Positions 31,549 through 41,881 of a DNA stretch of 64,000 bases are shown piece by piece. This DNA comes from Perkinsela sp. CCAP 1560/9. Its lineage: Eukaryota; Protista; Euglenozoa: Kinetoplastea. The first letter of the stretch is position 1. Each line of letters begins with the position of its first letter. The notes beneath the pieces were generated by a model. It was given only the letters and a program-made list of their open reading frames with translations, was not told where the DNA came from and ran no database searches. A program made the position numbers and the translations under genes. The DNA is taken from the NCBI GenBank assembly GCA_965644495.1, contig CBFFSA010000001.1, forward strand, positions 806,001-870,000, given 5' to 3'.

Positions 31549-32232
31549 ATGTTTTACTGTCGAAGTACAATTGTCCATTTTCTGTTTCGCGATGCAGAGC
31601 CCAGTAGACTTGGAAAAGTTCGAGCTGCACACCTCCCTCAGGAATACCGACTCGCCCAATTCGTGTCTAACATTTCCAATCCGCATTACTCATGGACAGA
31701 CAAAAGGCCTGCCTGCGACTGGAAATATATATGTTGTGATTCAAAACATCACGTTTCGGAAATCCATTTTATGGAAGCCGACTTTCGTGGCTCAACGCAC
31801 CACTTTTCTGGTGGTCCGGCGCACCTCGCGGGTAATTTATTGTGGCGATACATGCCGGACACTACTGTGAAGTGTACGACAAAGTCTCAGCCGCTACTTA
31901 AGGGAACCTTGCCCATTGCGTATCTACCTGCATCACTGATTAGTTTAAACATTGCACGTTGCATGCACTCTGGTTCTGCCGACTTAACGGTATTACCACC
32001 CGAAATACAAGATTTGAGAATTCAGGAAAACCAATTCAGCGGAGCATTAGATCTTACGTCACTCCCTACAAACTTGGAATATCTAGCTCTGAGCAATAAT
32101 TTTTTCGAGGGTCCAGTCGACTTTTCGAAACTTCCGGATTCAGTAAAAGATATCGAGCTACGAGGAAATCAAGTTTATGCAATATCAAGTGTTCCGTCAT
32201 TTGTCGATTTTAGATTTGTCGATTTTAGATAA
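31549..32232 (+). CDS. Short leucine-rich repeat protein (LRRNT cap + plant-type LRRs)
   Basis: PACDWKYICC cap and repeats such as LPPEIQDLRIQENQFSGALDLTSLPTNLEYLALSNNFFEG. Confidence 0.9.
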   Translation: MFYCRSTIVHFLFRDAEPSRLGKVRAAHLPQEYRLAQFVSNISNPHYSWTDKRPACDWKYICCDSKHHVSEIHFMEADFRGSTHHFSGGPAHLAGNLLWRYMPDTTVKCTTKSQPLLKGTLPIAYLPASLISLNIARCMHSGSADLTVLPPEIQDLRIQENQFSGALDLTSLPTNLEYLALSNNFFEGPVDFSKLPDSVKDIELRGNQVYAISSVPSFVDFRFVDFR

Positions 32233-32823
32233 ATATACATGGCAATGCTATCACCTAAATGTTCGGAATATAAAAACATGTACATGCATGTACATACACC
32301 CCTGTCCAGCTTCATGTACCCCCTACAGGTCTTGTATCTTGTTCGATTTTGGAAATAGTTGGCATGGGACTGTTTTTCGACCCAATCGTTTCGAATCCGC
32401 TGTCCTTTTCATGATTGGAATAAAAAAAATTACTAAAATGACCAGACAATGTTTGAGGGTGTACACTTTTTTAATTGTTTTCCATATTTTTGAATTTTTT
32501 ATGTTTTTGAAAGTATTAATCGTGTGTAGAGGACGTAAGAATGACGCTAGATACGTATTCAATATCCAGTATGATACCTTTTCTTTTCTATCACCAATTG
32601 AAGTCTTTTGCGATAGTTTTTAAATAGATTTCTTAATTTCCCAGCATGTAATTTGTTTATAGACAACTGAAAAGGCGCCCTCTGTAGTTCCGCCATCAAT
32701 ATTTTTCCCCTTCATTTTTTTCATTTTCTATCTATTTTTCACGTTTTTTTATATTGATCATTCCTCTCCCCTACTAAGTGTTTAATTTTGCCCAATTTTA
32801 CTAAACACTAAATAGGGGGGGCG

Positions 32824-32954
32824 GTAATAAAATAACGCACAGAAACTTATAACGTATGCTTCTAATACGGTTTTCGGCAAAATACTCTATTGAGGGGGGG
32901 GGGGGGCTAATTACGTGCATGTAATAAAATAACGCACAGAAGCTTATAACGTAT
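32824..32954. repeat. Direct repeat of ~34 bp, each copy preceded by a G tract
   Basis: GTAATAAAATAACGCACAGAA(A/G)CTTATAACGTAT at 32824 and 32921. Confidence 0.7.
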
Positions 32955-33150
32955 AGAAACATTGTAGGTCCCCGTTTTTATCAAAATCGGATAACACACT
33001 TAAAATTTGACGAATGCTGTAACCAACATACAACAAATGCAAAGTAAAGTTTATATCTCACGTATTCATAATCTACACTTTAGCTATACATGGAATAGGT
33101 TCCCTTTCTTTGCGCTTGTACTACTTTATGCATTTCAAACACCCTATCGC

Positions 33151-34332
33151 ATGTTTGGAGACCACTCACACCTCACCTCTTCCACTCCAGGTTCTCTCCT
33201 CGACAACCTCCTAGGCTACGCAGAACCCCCTCCCAAACCCTCCCCTCTCCAACGCCTCTACTTCTGGAGAAAACCCCCACCCCCACCCCTCACCCCATGG
33301 CAAAAAACCCAACAAACCCTCCAACAAACCCTCCAACAAAACCTCCACAACCTCTCCACCCTCTACCACACCACCCTCACCCACACCCACCACCTCCTGA
33401 CCACCGCCTACCACCGAGGGTACCCCTCCCTTCTCCAACCCACCGGTCTCCCCTCCTTTCCCCTCCCCGCCCTCTCCCCCACTGCCCTCTCCCCCACCCT
33501 CGCCTCCCCCCCCTGGGACCCCCCCTCCCTGCTCTCCGGTCTCCTCCTCGGCACTGCCCTCACCACACTGTGGCTGCGAGCGCTGTGGCCCAACCGCCAC
33601 CTCTCCTACGTCTGGCTCTACACCCGCGCCTTCCGACGACACTGGCGCGCGGGGTACTGCGTGAAGTCGGACCTGGTCCTCCACCGCGACGGGTACTGCG
33701 TGGGGTACAGCTACCCCCTACGAAGCCCCCTGTGGGTGTCCTACATCGCCTGTGCGGGCTCCCTCGGGGTGGAGCTCGACGGGGGGGAGCGGGAGGCGTT
33801 CGTCCCGGACCCGGAGGTCCCGGAGGGGTTTAGGGCGAGTCCGGGGGATTACCTGAGGACGGGGTATGACCGGGGCCATCTCGCCCCCGCGGGGACCATC
33901 ACGTTCTCCCACCGCAGTCGTCAGCAGACGATGCTGTTAACGAATGTGTGTTTGCAACACCCGGAGTTGAATCGACAGGGGTGGAAGTCGTTGGAGAGTT
34001 ATGTGCGGCGGTGGGTGTTGAGACGGGGGAAACATGCGATTGCGGTGGGGCCGTTGTGGGCGAAACGGAATGTGGAGAAGACGAATGAGATTGGGACCCC
34101 GCACGGGTTCTTTTTTGCGGTGTTTTGCTACGCCACAGGGGAGGCGATTGGGTTTAAGATTCCGAATGAGCCAGTGACGGCAAAGGAGGTGTGGGACTAT
34201 GTGGTGTCATTGGATGAGCTAGAGAAAAAAGCCAACATTGCACTTTTCAGGCGACTTCCGATTACGTCCCGACCAAGAAGGAAACAGCGAAAAGTAGTGG
34301 ATATTAGTTATTGGCAATTAGGTGAGAAGTGA
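33151..34332 (+). CDS. DNA/RNA non-specific endonuclease (EndoG/NucA beta-beta-alpha-Me family) with an N-terminal TM segment
   Basis: PLWVSY, YDRGHLAPAG, TNVCLQHPELNRQGWKSLE and AVGPLW. Confidence 0.92.
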   Translation: MFGDHSHLTSSTPGSLLDNLLGYAEPPPKPSPLQRLYFWRKPPPPPLTPWQKTQQTLQQTLQQNLHNLSTLYHTTLTHTHHLLTTAYHRGYPSLLQPTGLPSFPLPALSPTALSPTLASPPWDPPSLLSGLLLGTALTTLWLRALWPNRHLSYVWLYTRAFRRHWRAGYCVKSDLVLHRDGYCVGYSYPLRSPLWVSYIACAGSLGVELDGGEREAFVPDPEVPEGFRASPGDYLRTGYDRGHLAPAGTITFSHRSRQQTMLLTNVCLQHPELNRQGWKSLESYVRRWVLRRGKHAIAVGPLWAKRNVEKTNEIGTPHGFFFAVFCYATGEAIGFKIPNEPVTAKEVWDYVVSLDELEKKANIALFRRLPITSRPRRKQRKVVDISYWQLGEK

Positions 34333-34963
34333 TGAAACGCGTTTTAAAGTTGAGAGACCAGTGAAAGCAATCGCGGACGGTGCTCCGATGTCTCTTCAGC
34401 ATTCCTGAGCAGCTTTGTGCAACGTAGTCGGCGCCCTTGACGATTCAATGCACTGTTACTATACGGAGCGGTATTTTAAATATGTGACTTTACTTCGTGT
34501 TGTTCCGTAAGGTCAACACATGATTTAAAATTCCCTTTGTAAGTTACTATTTTGAAGTTGTCCTAATTTTGAGGAATATTCAACGGTCATGATGGATCGG
34601 GTGCAGCGTAAACTTGCTGCATGAAATGAAGTGGTAGACTAAACATACTTTGTAGACGGAGCTTAAAGGTTTTAGAAAACCTTTATGAGTGCACCACGCG
34701 ATTAGCGGGGAGAAATTGAATTCTGAGAAATACCATTTCCTCATTCGAGTTATTTCCGATTTTTTAATTCTTTAACGATTTTGCTGTCTTTTTTTTTGCT
34801 TCTCTACATTATACTTACGAACTACACCCCAGATAACATATCGTGCATTGACGTTGAGGCGTAATTTTATTTTCATACAGAATATGGGAATTGTAGTTTA
34901 TAACTCCTAGTTTACGTCTTTCTCTATTTGTGATTCTTGCTTTTTGTTGGTGCTTCAGTTTGC

Positions 34964-35614
34964 ATGTTTTGCTGTCGAAATACAATTGTCCATTTGCTGT
35001 TTCGCGATGCAGAGCCCAGTAGACTTGGAAAAGTTCGAGCTGCACACCTCCCTCAGGAATACCGACTCGCCCAATTCGTGTCTAACATTTCCCATCCGCA
35101 TTACTCATGGACAGACAAAAGACCTGCATGCGACTGGGAATATGTACGCTGTAATTCCGATTATCGCGTTTCGGTGATCGCATTCGCAAATCCCCCTTTT
35201 TCAGGTGGTCCAGCCGGCCTCGCGGGTAATTTATTGTGGCGATACATGCCGGACACTACTCTGAATTGTACGACGGCTTTTCAGCGACTACTTACGGGAA
35301 CCTTGCCCATTGCGTATCTACCTGCATCACTGATCAATTTAAGCATTGCACGTTGCAAGCATTTTGGTTCTGTCGACTTGACGATGCTACCGCCCGAAAT
35401 ACAGGATTTGAGAATTCAGGAAAACCAATTCAGCGGAACACTAGATCTTACGTCACTCCCTACAAGCTTGGGTTATCTATCTCTAAGTAATAATCGTTTT
35501 GTAGGTCCAGTCGATTTTTCAAAACTTCCGGATTCAATAAAACATATCGAGCTACGAGGCAACCAGGTTTATGCAACATCAAGTGTTCCATCATTAGTCG
35601 ATTTTAGATTTTGA
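34964..35614 (+). CDS. Short LRR protein, close paralog of 31549..32232
   Basis: Shares FRDAEPSRLGKVRAAHLPQEYRLAQFVSNIS and the LRR units. Confidence 0.9.
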   Translation: MFCCRNTIVHLLFRDAEPSRLGKVRAAHLPQEYRLAQFVSNISHPHYSWTDKRPACDWEYVRCNSDYRVSVIAFANPPFSGGPAGLAGNLLWRYMPDTTLNCTTAFQRLLTGTLPIAYLPASLINLSIARCKHFGSVDLTMLPPEIQDLRIQENQFSGTLDLTSLPTSLGYLSLSNNRFVGPVDFSKLPDSIKHIELRGNQVYATSSVPSLVDFRF

Positions 35615-35803
35615 CAAATAACACTATATCAAACCTGTTCGAAGTTACAGTGTATTTAAGAGGTGGGATGCCGCCAGAGCCAAACAAGCGATCTGTAGCT
35701 TTACATAATACGAATTTTAACTCCTACTTACCTTGATTAACTTTCTACATGTAAAGAACAAAACAATAACTTATCGAAGGAGATACTAAATTGTCAATAA
35801 GGA

Positions 35804-36715
35804 ATGCAACGAGTTTGCCTTTTAGAAGGTGTGCATCCACTTACACCTCGAGGACTGTACTACTCGTTCTCGAAGTCTCATGCCAGCTCTCCATTTCCAT
35901 CTATTTCTAAATTGTGGAATCGATCACAAGATCATTACGGTAACGGCAATCTAAAGAAAAATACAATATCTGCTGTTGGTGCGACAACACCTTCACCTAG
36001 CGTTACCTCCGAGTCCTCAACCAATAATAAGGAAGATTTTTCTCAAAAAGGTCAGTCTCCTAGCCCAAATCCATTAAAAAACAACACAGTACCAAAGGAC
36101 AGGGAGCTGATTTTGAGACGCCTAGAAGACTCACACGGGATTCGTTATGAGGATCGCCGGGAGGCCTTTATGCTCGGAACACAGAAACAACTTTACCCCC
36201 TTTGGGTTCATCAACTTCCCTCCCCTAGTCTCAAATGGCTGCTATCCGCACAGAGCCTCAATCTCAAATCTATGGATCTGCGACACAAATCCCATCTCGC
36301 TATGCTTCCTGTAAAAAAACGAGTTACGGAGTTCTCTCGACGAGAAGCGGCTCGACGCTACGAGCACAGTGACCCCTCCGCGGAGAGACCGCAGTTGCGA
36401 CAGGACCATAATAAATATCGAGCCTCACGAGAGGCCTACGCCCGGCAACGAATGCTTGATTTACAAGCCATGGTTCGCCGTAGACGTGAGATGCTGGGCT
36501 TACCCCCACGATACAGCGCGGTGCCTACGCGTCGGGTGGACTACAGCCGAAGACTCGCCCGGCTGGCGACACACCTGCTTGAGGGACACAAAAGCCGTGG
36601 GGTATATCCCCCCATGGTGCGTAAGACGAAATACCGGGAAAAACGTGAGCCTGTACCCCTGCCAGAGGTACAGCTGATTACCTCAAAAAAACAGGTTACG
36701 AAGAAACAGTCATAG
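35804..36715 (+). CDS. Hypothetical basic protein (possibly mitochondrial)
   Basis: 303-aa ATG ORF with an Arg-rich C-half. Confidence 0.65.
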   Translation: MQRVCLLEGVHPLTPRGLYYSFSKSHASSPFPSISKLWNRSQDHYGNGNLKKNTISAVGATTPSPSVTSESSTNNKEDFSQKGQSPSPNPLKNNTVPKDRELILRRLEDSHGIRYEDRREAFMLGTQKQLYPLWVHQLPSPSLKWLLSAQSLNLKSMDLRHKSHLAMLPVKKRVTEFSRREAARRYEHSDPSAERPQLRQDHNKYRASREAYARQRMLDLQAMVRRRREMLGLPPRYSAVPTRRVDYSRRLARLATHLLEGHKSRGVYPPMVRKTKYREKREPVPLPEVQLITSKKQVTKKQS

Positions 36716-36802
36716 TTAAAGAATTCCTTATAAGAATTTACGGAAACATGTATTCATCTGAATACAACGTGTATTCTTGTACATAAAACGTACGGCTCAC
36801 CT

Positions 36803-36875
36803 GTAAGGTAGATCGCTAGCTCTCTGTCGGTCTTAATAGGCGATGACTTTGCAGCTGATAGCTCTACCGAGATTT
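36803..36875 (+). ncRNA. Candidate single-hairpin H/ACA-like (AGA-box) snoRNA, copy 1
   Basis: About 72 nt. Basal stem GGTAGA/TCTACC is followed by G-AGA-TTT, with an internal pocket and upper stem. Duplicated at 37174. Confidence 0.65.
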
Positions 36876-37173
36876 TATGCACTGGTGCTGCATTATTATT
36901 ATTGCATTATTATTTGACAGGTAATCCCTTTTCTGAGAAATGAGTTTGTGTTGTGCTTAATATTGTTAAAGAATTGTTAAGTGCAACTGAGTTATCATGA
37001 GAATGCTAAGTTAAAGTTTGCGTATTCGTATGCAGAAAATATTTTTCTGAAAAAATAATAATTTATGATTCACTTTCAAATATCCCTTTCCGCACACATT
37101 TTTTGACCCGCAGCACTGCTCTTTGGTTCCGAGAACGAGGGCGATCGTTTTTCTCGGAATAGCAATGCGTGCA

Positions 37174-37249
37174 GTAAGGTAGATCGCTAGCTCTCTGTCG
37201 GTCTTAAAAATAGGCGATGACTTTGCAGCTGATAGCTCTACCGAGATTT
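37174..37249 (+). ncRNA. Candidate single-hairpin H/ACA-like (AGA-box) snoRNA, copy 2
   Basis: Identical to 36803-36875 except for a 3-nt A insertion in the apical loop. Confidence 0.65.
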
Positions 37250-37354
37250 CATGTAAATTTCTGAAAACATATTTTTCTAGAAGAACAAGATTTTGTGAAG
37301 TGATTTCGTTTTGATTGAATCATCTTTTTCTATTTATTCAACGCTTTCTAAGAT

Positions 37355-37684
37355 ATGGTAACAGTGAATCAATCTGGACACTCCGAGGGCCTGCGCAAGA
37401 AGCCCACCAGCGAAAAAGGTCACTCGAAGCGACAAAACAGCACAAGAACGAGCGATGTGTCTCGTCTGACGAATCCTTGCATCCGCCGATTGGCGCGACG
37501 TGCGGGGGTGAAGCGCGTGTCCTCTCTGATCTACGATGAGGTGCGTCGGTTGTGTGCAGATCGCTTGAAGGGGTACCTTCGGACTATTGAGGCATGCTGC
37601 GAGCACCGAAAGGCGCGGACTGTGTCCGTACAGGACGTGATTTACGCTCTCGCACGTAATGGACAACGGGTGTATGGATATTAG
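37355..37684 (+). CDS. Histone H4 (divergent or variant)
   Basis: IRRLARRAGVKRVSSLIYDEVR...EHRKARTVSVQDVIYALARNGQRVYGY is the H4 histone fold. Confidence 0.92.
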   Translation: MVTVNQSGHSEGLRKKPTSEKGHSKRQNSTRTSDVSRLTNPCIRRLARRAGVKRVSSLIYDEVRRLCADRLKGYLRTIEACCEHRKARTVSVQDVIYALARNGQRVYGY

Positions 37685-38079
37685 GCAAAGGATAGAAATA
37701 ACTACGGTTGAATGTGATTTAGTAGAGATGCAGCTCGGGAGGTGAAGAACATGTAGATATTGTGAAGTATTTGATTTGATAGATTTTGTGAATGCAGGAC
37801 AGTAATATTTGTACGTTTTTCAGATAGATACAAAGAGACATAGCTCAACTATTGCAGCTCAACAAAAGGACTGGGAAGAGTTGCTGCGTTCATAAAATTG
37901 GACATGATTGCCTGAGGTTTTTCAGTCTCAACACGTTATCATTAGGTTATCATAAGGTTCTTCCGAATAAGTGTGCTACATTGTATAAATTCTTGTTATT
38001 TCGACATTTGTTAAAAATGCGATATGTATGAAACTATAGCAATTCGTAAAAATAATTACATTTCGCAGCCAGCCTTAGC

Positions 38080-39651
38080 ATGAATTCCGTGTCTTGCGAA
38101 AATTGCAGCAAACCTCCGAAATTCCAATGCCCAGATTGTCTTCCAGACCCCAAAAAGGGGTTCTTCTGTTCTCAAGAGTGTTTTCGTTCTCTCTGGCCGG
38201 AGCACAGGAAACAGCATCATAGAGCTCCACGCAAAGTAAGCAAGGTCATTAAACCGACAGATTCCCAGAATGTGGAGCTTAGAACCTCACCTATTGGTTT
38301 AAAAAATCACGATGCTGAGGAGGATGTGGAGGGAAAAATGAAAGACGCAGGACTGAAAAATGCATTTTCTAATGAAGGTAAATATTTTCGAACCATATCT
38401 GGCGACTATAACAGCAAAAGATGCTTAACATATACGCCCACCACATCATCAAACGAGCTAGGCTCCAGGCTAGAAGACTTTGATTATGAATCCGCAGCGC
38501 GGAATTCTCTTTCGAAACCATGGGAAGGAATGTGTGTGAAGTTCGAAGAGGTAACAGGAATTCTTTTGCTATGGGCGCTTCATGCAGCCTTTATCTCCCA
38601 GAAACATTTGTCTCGTTGCCTCCTGCACTGCCGAGCCATCTTAAACAAAAGCAGCTTTAAAACTCACTCGGAACACGACCTTCTTCACATTGCTATTCTT
38701 TCCTATTTACGTCGACATCTTGAAGAAACCACCACCGATGATCTGTCAGAACTTTTTGGTGTACCCCACATCATCACACTCCCCCACAGTTGGACAATTC
38801 CCAGTCCCTTCGAAGCCCGTTACGGATCCCAATGTGGCGAATTTCTTCAAATCTTTTGTCACACCATCGCCCACGCGTTATCTTCCCCACTCCCCCTCTT
38901 CGTAGTAGAACACCGCTCCGGGTGGTCTCCCTTTCACCTCGATGCCTTATGGGGAAGTTTCCCCCAACTCCTTCATCGATCCGGATATTTTACCGTCACC
39001 TCGACTGCACAAAAACCAGCAACAACGACAAGTAAAGCCAACAACCCAACAGCCAAATTACTTCATCTTAAAAAACAATACCATAAAGCCACAGCGGATG
39101 GCATCACAACGCTCTCCATGCCGCGACGCGCGGAGGCGCATGAACGAAAGGAGGCGTACCGCTCGATGGCGCTCGATGAGCTCCTCGGGCATCTCCCGGC
39201 AAGCCCTGGCCGCTCCTTGCCTCTGGGCACACTGGGCGATCGTCTCGACATGCCCTGGGGTCAGTTTAATCTGCGCTATGACGGGCTCCTCACCACGAGT
39301 CTTAAGTCGTTTCTCCAAGCCTACCCTTCCCATTTTTGTGTCGTCCAGGATCGCGTGTCGAGGGTACAAAAACCGAGGGCACCTCCCGCCCCACCGGTGC
39401 GTAAACGAAAGAGAGAATCGGAGAAGCGAAAAGAAGATGCAGAGCGGCTGGTGACGACAAAGACAAGTTTGCACACCAAATTCCGTATGAAAAAGAAAAT
39501 ACAACGAAAAATAGAAAACCAAAGACGGTTTAATCAGAATAAACGACGGACGGTGGCGCCTGAGGCACGCGTTCCGGGGTATAAACCCGCGCGGGTGAGC
39601 AAGCTGAAAGGGAGGGGGAAGAAACAGAATATGAGGAATTTTAAACGGTAG
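38080..39651 (+). CDS. Protein with an N-terminal zf-C6H2/MYND-like finger and a basic C-terminal region
   Basis: CENCSKPPKFQCPDC...FFCSQECFRSLWPEHRKQH resembles the MetAP1 zinc finger. No peptidase motifs follow. Confidence 0.65.
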   Translation: MNSVSCENCSKPPKFQCPDCLPDPKKGFFCSQECFRSLWPEHRKQHHRAPRKVSKVIKPTDSQNVELRTSPIGLKNHDAEEDVEGKMKDAGLKNAFSNEGKYFRTISGDYNSKRCLTYTPTTSSNELGSRLEDFDYESAARNSLSKPWEGMCVKFEEVTGILLLWALHAAFISQKHLSRCLLHCRAILNKSSFKTHSEHDLLHIAILSYLRRHLEETTTDDLSELFGVPHIITLPHSWTIPSPFEARYGSQCGEFLQIFCHTIAHALSSPLPLFVVEHRSGWSPFHLDALWGSFPQLLHRSGYFTVTSTAQKPATTTSKANNPTAKLLHLKKQYHKATADGITTLSMPRRAEAHERKEAYRSMALDELLGHLPASPGRSLPLGTLGDRLDMPWGQFNLRYDGLLTTSLKSFLQAYPSHFCVVQDRVSRVQKPRAPPAPPVRKRKRESEKRKEDAERLVTTKTSLHTKFRMKKKIQRKIENQRRFNQNKRRTVAPEARVPGYKPARVSKLKGRGKKQNMRNFKR

Positions 39652-39825
39652 GTGGATGGATTCGGAATTCAGGCTGTTAAAAAATACCTATCTCCACTAA
39701 ATACCCTAAACTTTACTTATTCATGTTCAATTTTTATAGGCTTTTAGAAGTTGTTTAAAGAGGCAAGAAAAAACCATTTTACAGAAATTTATTTTCATTT
39801 TTAACCTCTTAATACACCAGCATCT

Positions 39826-40485
39826 ATGCTCAGCCATCTTACCTCTGGGGCGTATCAATCGGACAAGGAGTATTACCTGTGCTCCGCCTGTGTGTACCAA
39901 TCCAATGGATCCGTTGAGTGTCCCTACTGCAACCACTACCCCAGCATCACACCCCAGTCCTGGTCCATTACCGCAATTGGGCATTTCATGGATGTCTTCA
40001 CCGACGAGATGAGGGAACGGGTGAGACGGGGCAATGCACGAAGGCCCAGGAACAGGCGAAGTCGGATCGATTCAAACCGTGCGGAGAGAGATCTTCCGGA
40101 TCAACGCTCCATAGAGGCCTCCCAAGCAAGCGAGGAAGCCTCCTCCGGGGAGGGTACAGGCACCTCTGCATTGGCGGAAGAAGAATCAGATCACTCAAAG
40201 AGGCGAAAAGGGGGGAAAAGAAAGGCAGATGACAGGATACAGGAATGTCCACAAACAGAAAGCTCGGTGGACGAATCGATAAGCGAATCAAGCTCTTCAC
40301 AGACCAGTACACACATTTCCAGTAGAGTTGCAAGAAAAAAAAAGAGATTGACGTCTGACTCCGAGTCCGACGCCGAAGGACAGGAGGAATTCTATAATCA
40401 GGGAATGGGATCCGCTTTGCAGCAACAACGAAGAGAGCAGATGATGCGAAATCAAGATATTTTGGAGAAATTAGGGTTTTCTTGA
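39826..40485 (+). CDS. Hypothetical protein (CxxC...CxxC near the N-terminus, disordered rest)
   Basis: 219-aa ATG ORF. The last ~65 bp are imperfectly repeated just after the stop (40490-40553). Confidence 0.5.
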   Translation: MLSHLTSGAYQSDKEYYLCSACVYQSNGSVECPYCNHYPSITPQSWSITAIGHFMDVFTDEMRERVRRGNARRPRNRRSRIDSNRAERDLPDQRSIEASQASEEASSGEGTGTSALAEEESDHSKRRKGGKRKADDRIQECPQTESSVDESISESSSSQTSTHISSRVARKKKRLTSDSESDAEGQEEFYNQGMGSALQQQRREQMMRNQDILEKLGFS

Positions 40486-40723
40486 TATGTTGCAGCAACG
40501 AAGAGGGCAGATGATGCGATTTTTTGTTTTGGAGAAATTAGGGTTTTCTTGATAGATTCGTTTCATGCTGCTAGGACATTTTTTTAAAGTGGGGAGATCT
40601 CCTAGAATTTAAGAAGAGCTCATTGTCAAAATTAAAAACATTTCCTTATAACACTCGAATTTATGAAAGGAATAGCACGAATCCGACGTATTGGGAGTGT
40701 CTTTTTAGTTTCTTTTTGAAGTA

Positions 40724-41881
40724 ATGCGTCCTTCGGCTGCTGAGCACTCTATTTCATCTTCGAAGCGTCATGGCAGAGTTTATCAATTAAGTGGGTCATC
40801 TTCAACATTTAGCGAGGGAACCAAGAAGAAGGGTCAAGATTTTCTCCGTCTGGATATGTCACATTGCAGACAAAGCGACACTCGTAGTTCTGCTAAAAAT
40901 GAGGCTGCAGCAAAATTTTTTAGTGCGTCATCATCGGTGAATAAAACACATACGGGAAGCAACCCGACCGGGGAAAATGTGCAATCTGGTAGGCAGAAAA
41001 CGATTCGCCCTCCGAAACCCACATCACTAAAACAGCAGGTCCGGAGTTCTCGGCAAGAAATTTACGACGAATCAGACCCCTCTTCGAGTTTTCGACATTT
41101 GTCAAGTCTTTTTACGGCTTTGTACAAGGACAATGGATCTGCCGCTCTACATGACTGGAACGTGTGGAATATACGACCTCATCTAAATACACTTTTTAAC
41201 GTAGCTGGTCTTTTTTGTAGGAAGGCATCTGCAGGAGGAAGTCGAAACCCCGAAGCTTCACAGCATCTTCTACGCCACCCGGAGGCCTCTTGGAGTTTAT
41301 TCCCTCCATCCGAACTTGCATATTATCTTCACAAAAACGCAACGGAAATGGATAAACGACTAACGAACCCAATAGGATCACCCGAGGTTCCACGCATCAG
41401 GAATTACGTAGACAATGCAATTAGCCAGGAACTCGACGAGGCAGTGACTCAACTTCTTAAGAAGTTGCAAAGTTATCAACAGAAATTAAAAACACACCAA
41501 CCACTACGAACAAAAGCACGGCAGCGTTATGTAGTGGGCCTCAAACAAGCATTGAAGGGGCTGGACCGAAATCGTGTCAAGTTATGTATCCTTGCACCAG
41601 ATCTGGAACCTGTGCGTGGGGAGAGCGTGCTTGATAAATTGTGTCGAAAGGTAGCAGAGACCTGTGCGGCTCAGGCCATCGATTACGTTTATGCCCTAAG
41701 CACTTCTAGACTACGTGCTGTGTTGTCCATGCCTGCGAAAAGTGTTGCGAGCTGTGTAGCTATCTATAGTGCAGAGGGAGCCTATGAAGAAATGAAAAAA
41801 ATACAGCAGCTTATCACCCCGTTAAGGCAACAGGCATGTAAAATTGGAAGTCGAACCGACATTTCCGTGAGTGAGTGTTAG
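40724..41881 (+). CDS. SBP2: SECIS-binding protein 2 (L7Ae domain)
   Basis: YVDNAISQELDEAVTQLLKKLQSYQQKL...KARQRYVVGLKQALKGL...KLCILAPDLE...LDKL...YVYALSTSRL aligns by eye to the SBP2 block YCSQ..SKEVD.CVT.LLKELVRFQDR...K.KRRLVLGLREV. Confidence 0.82.
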   Translation: MRPSAAEHSISSSKRHGRVYQLSGSSSTFSEGTKKKGQDFLRLDMSHCRQSDTRSSAKNEAAAKFFSASSSVNKTHTGSNPTGENVQSGRQKTIRPPKPTSLKQQVRSSRQEIYDESDPSSSFRHLSSLFTALYKDNGSAALHDWNVWNIRPHLNTLFNVAGLFCRKASAGGSRNPEASQHLLRHPEASWSLFPPSELAYYLHKNATEMDKRLTNPIGSPEVPRIRNYVDNAISQELDEAVTQLLKKLQSYQQKLKTHQPLRTKARQRYVVGLKQALKGLDRNRVKLCILAPDLEPVRGESVLDKLCRKVAETCAAQAIDYVYALSTSRLRAVLSMPAKSVASCVAIYSAEGAYEEMKKIQQLITPLRQQACKIGSRTDISVSEC

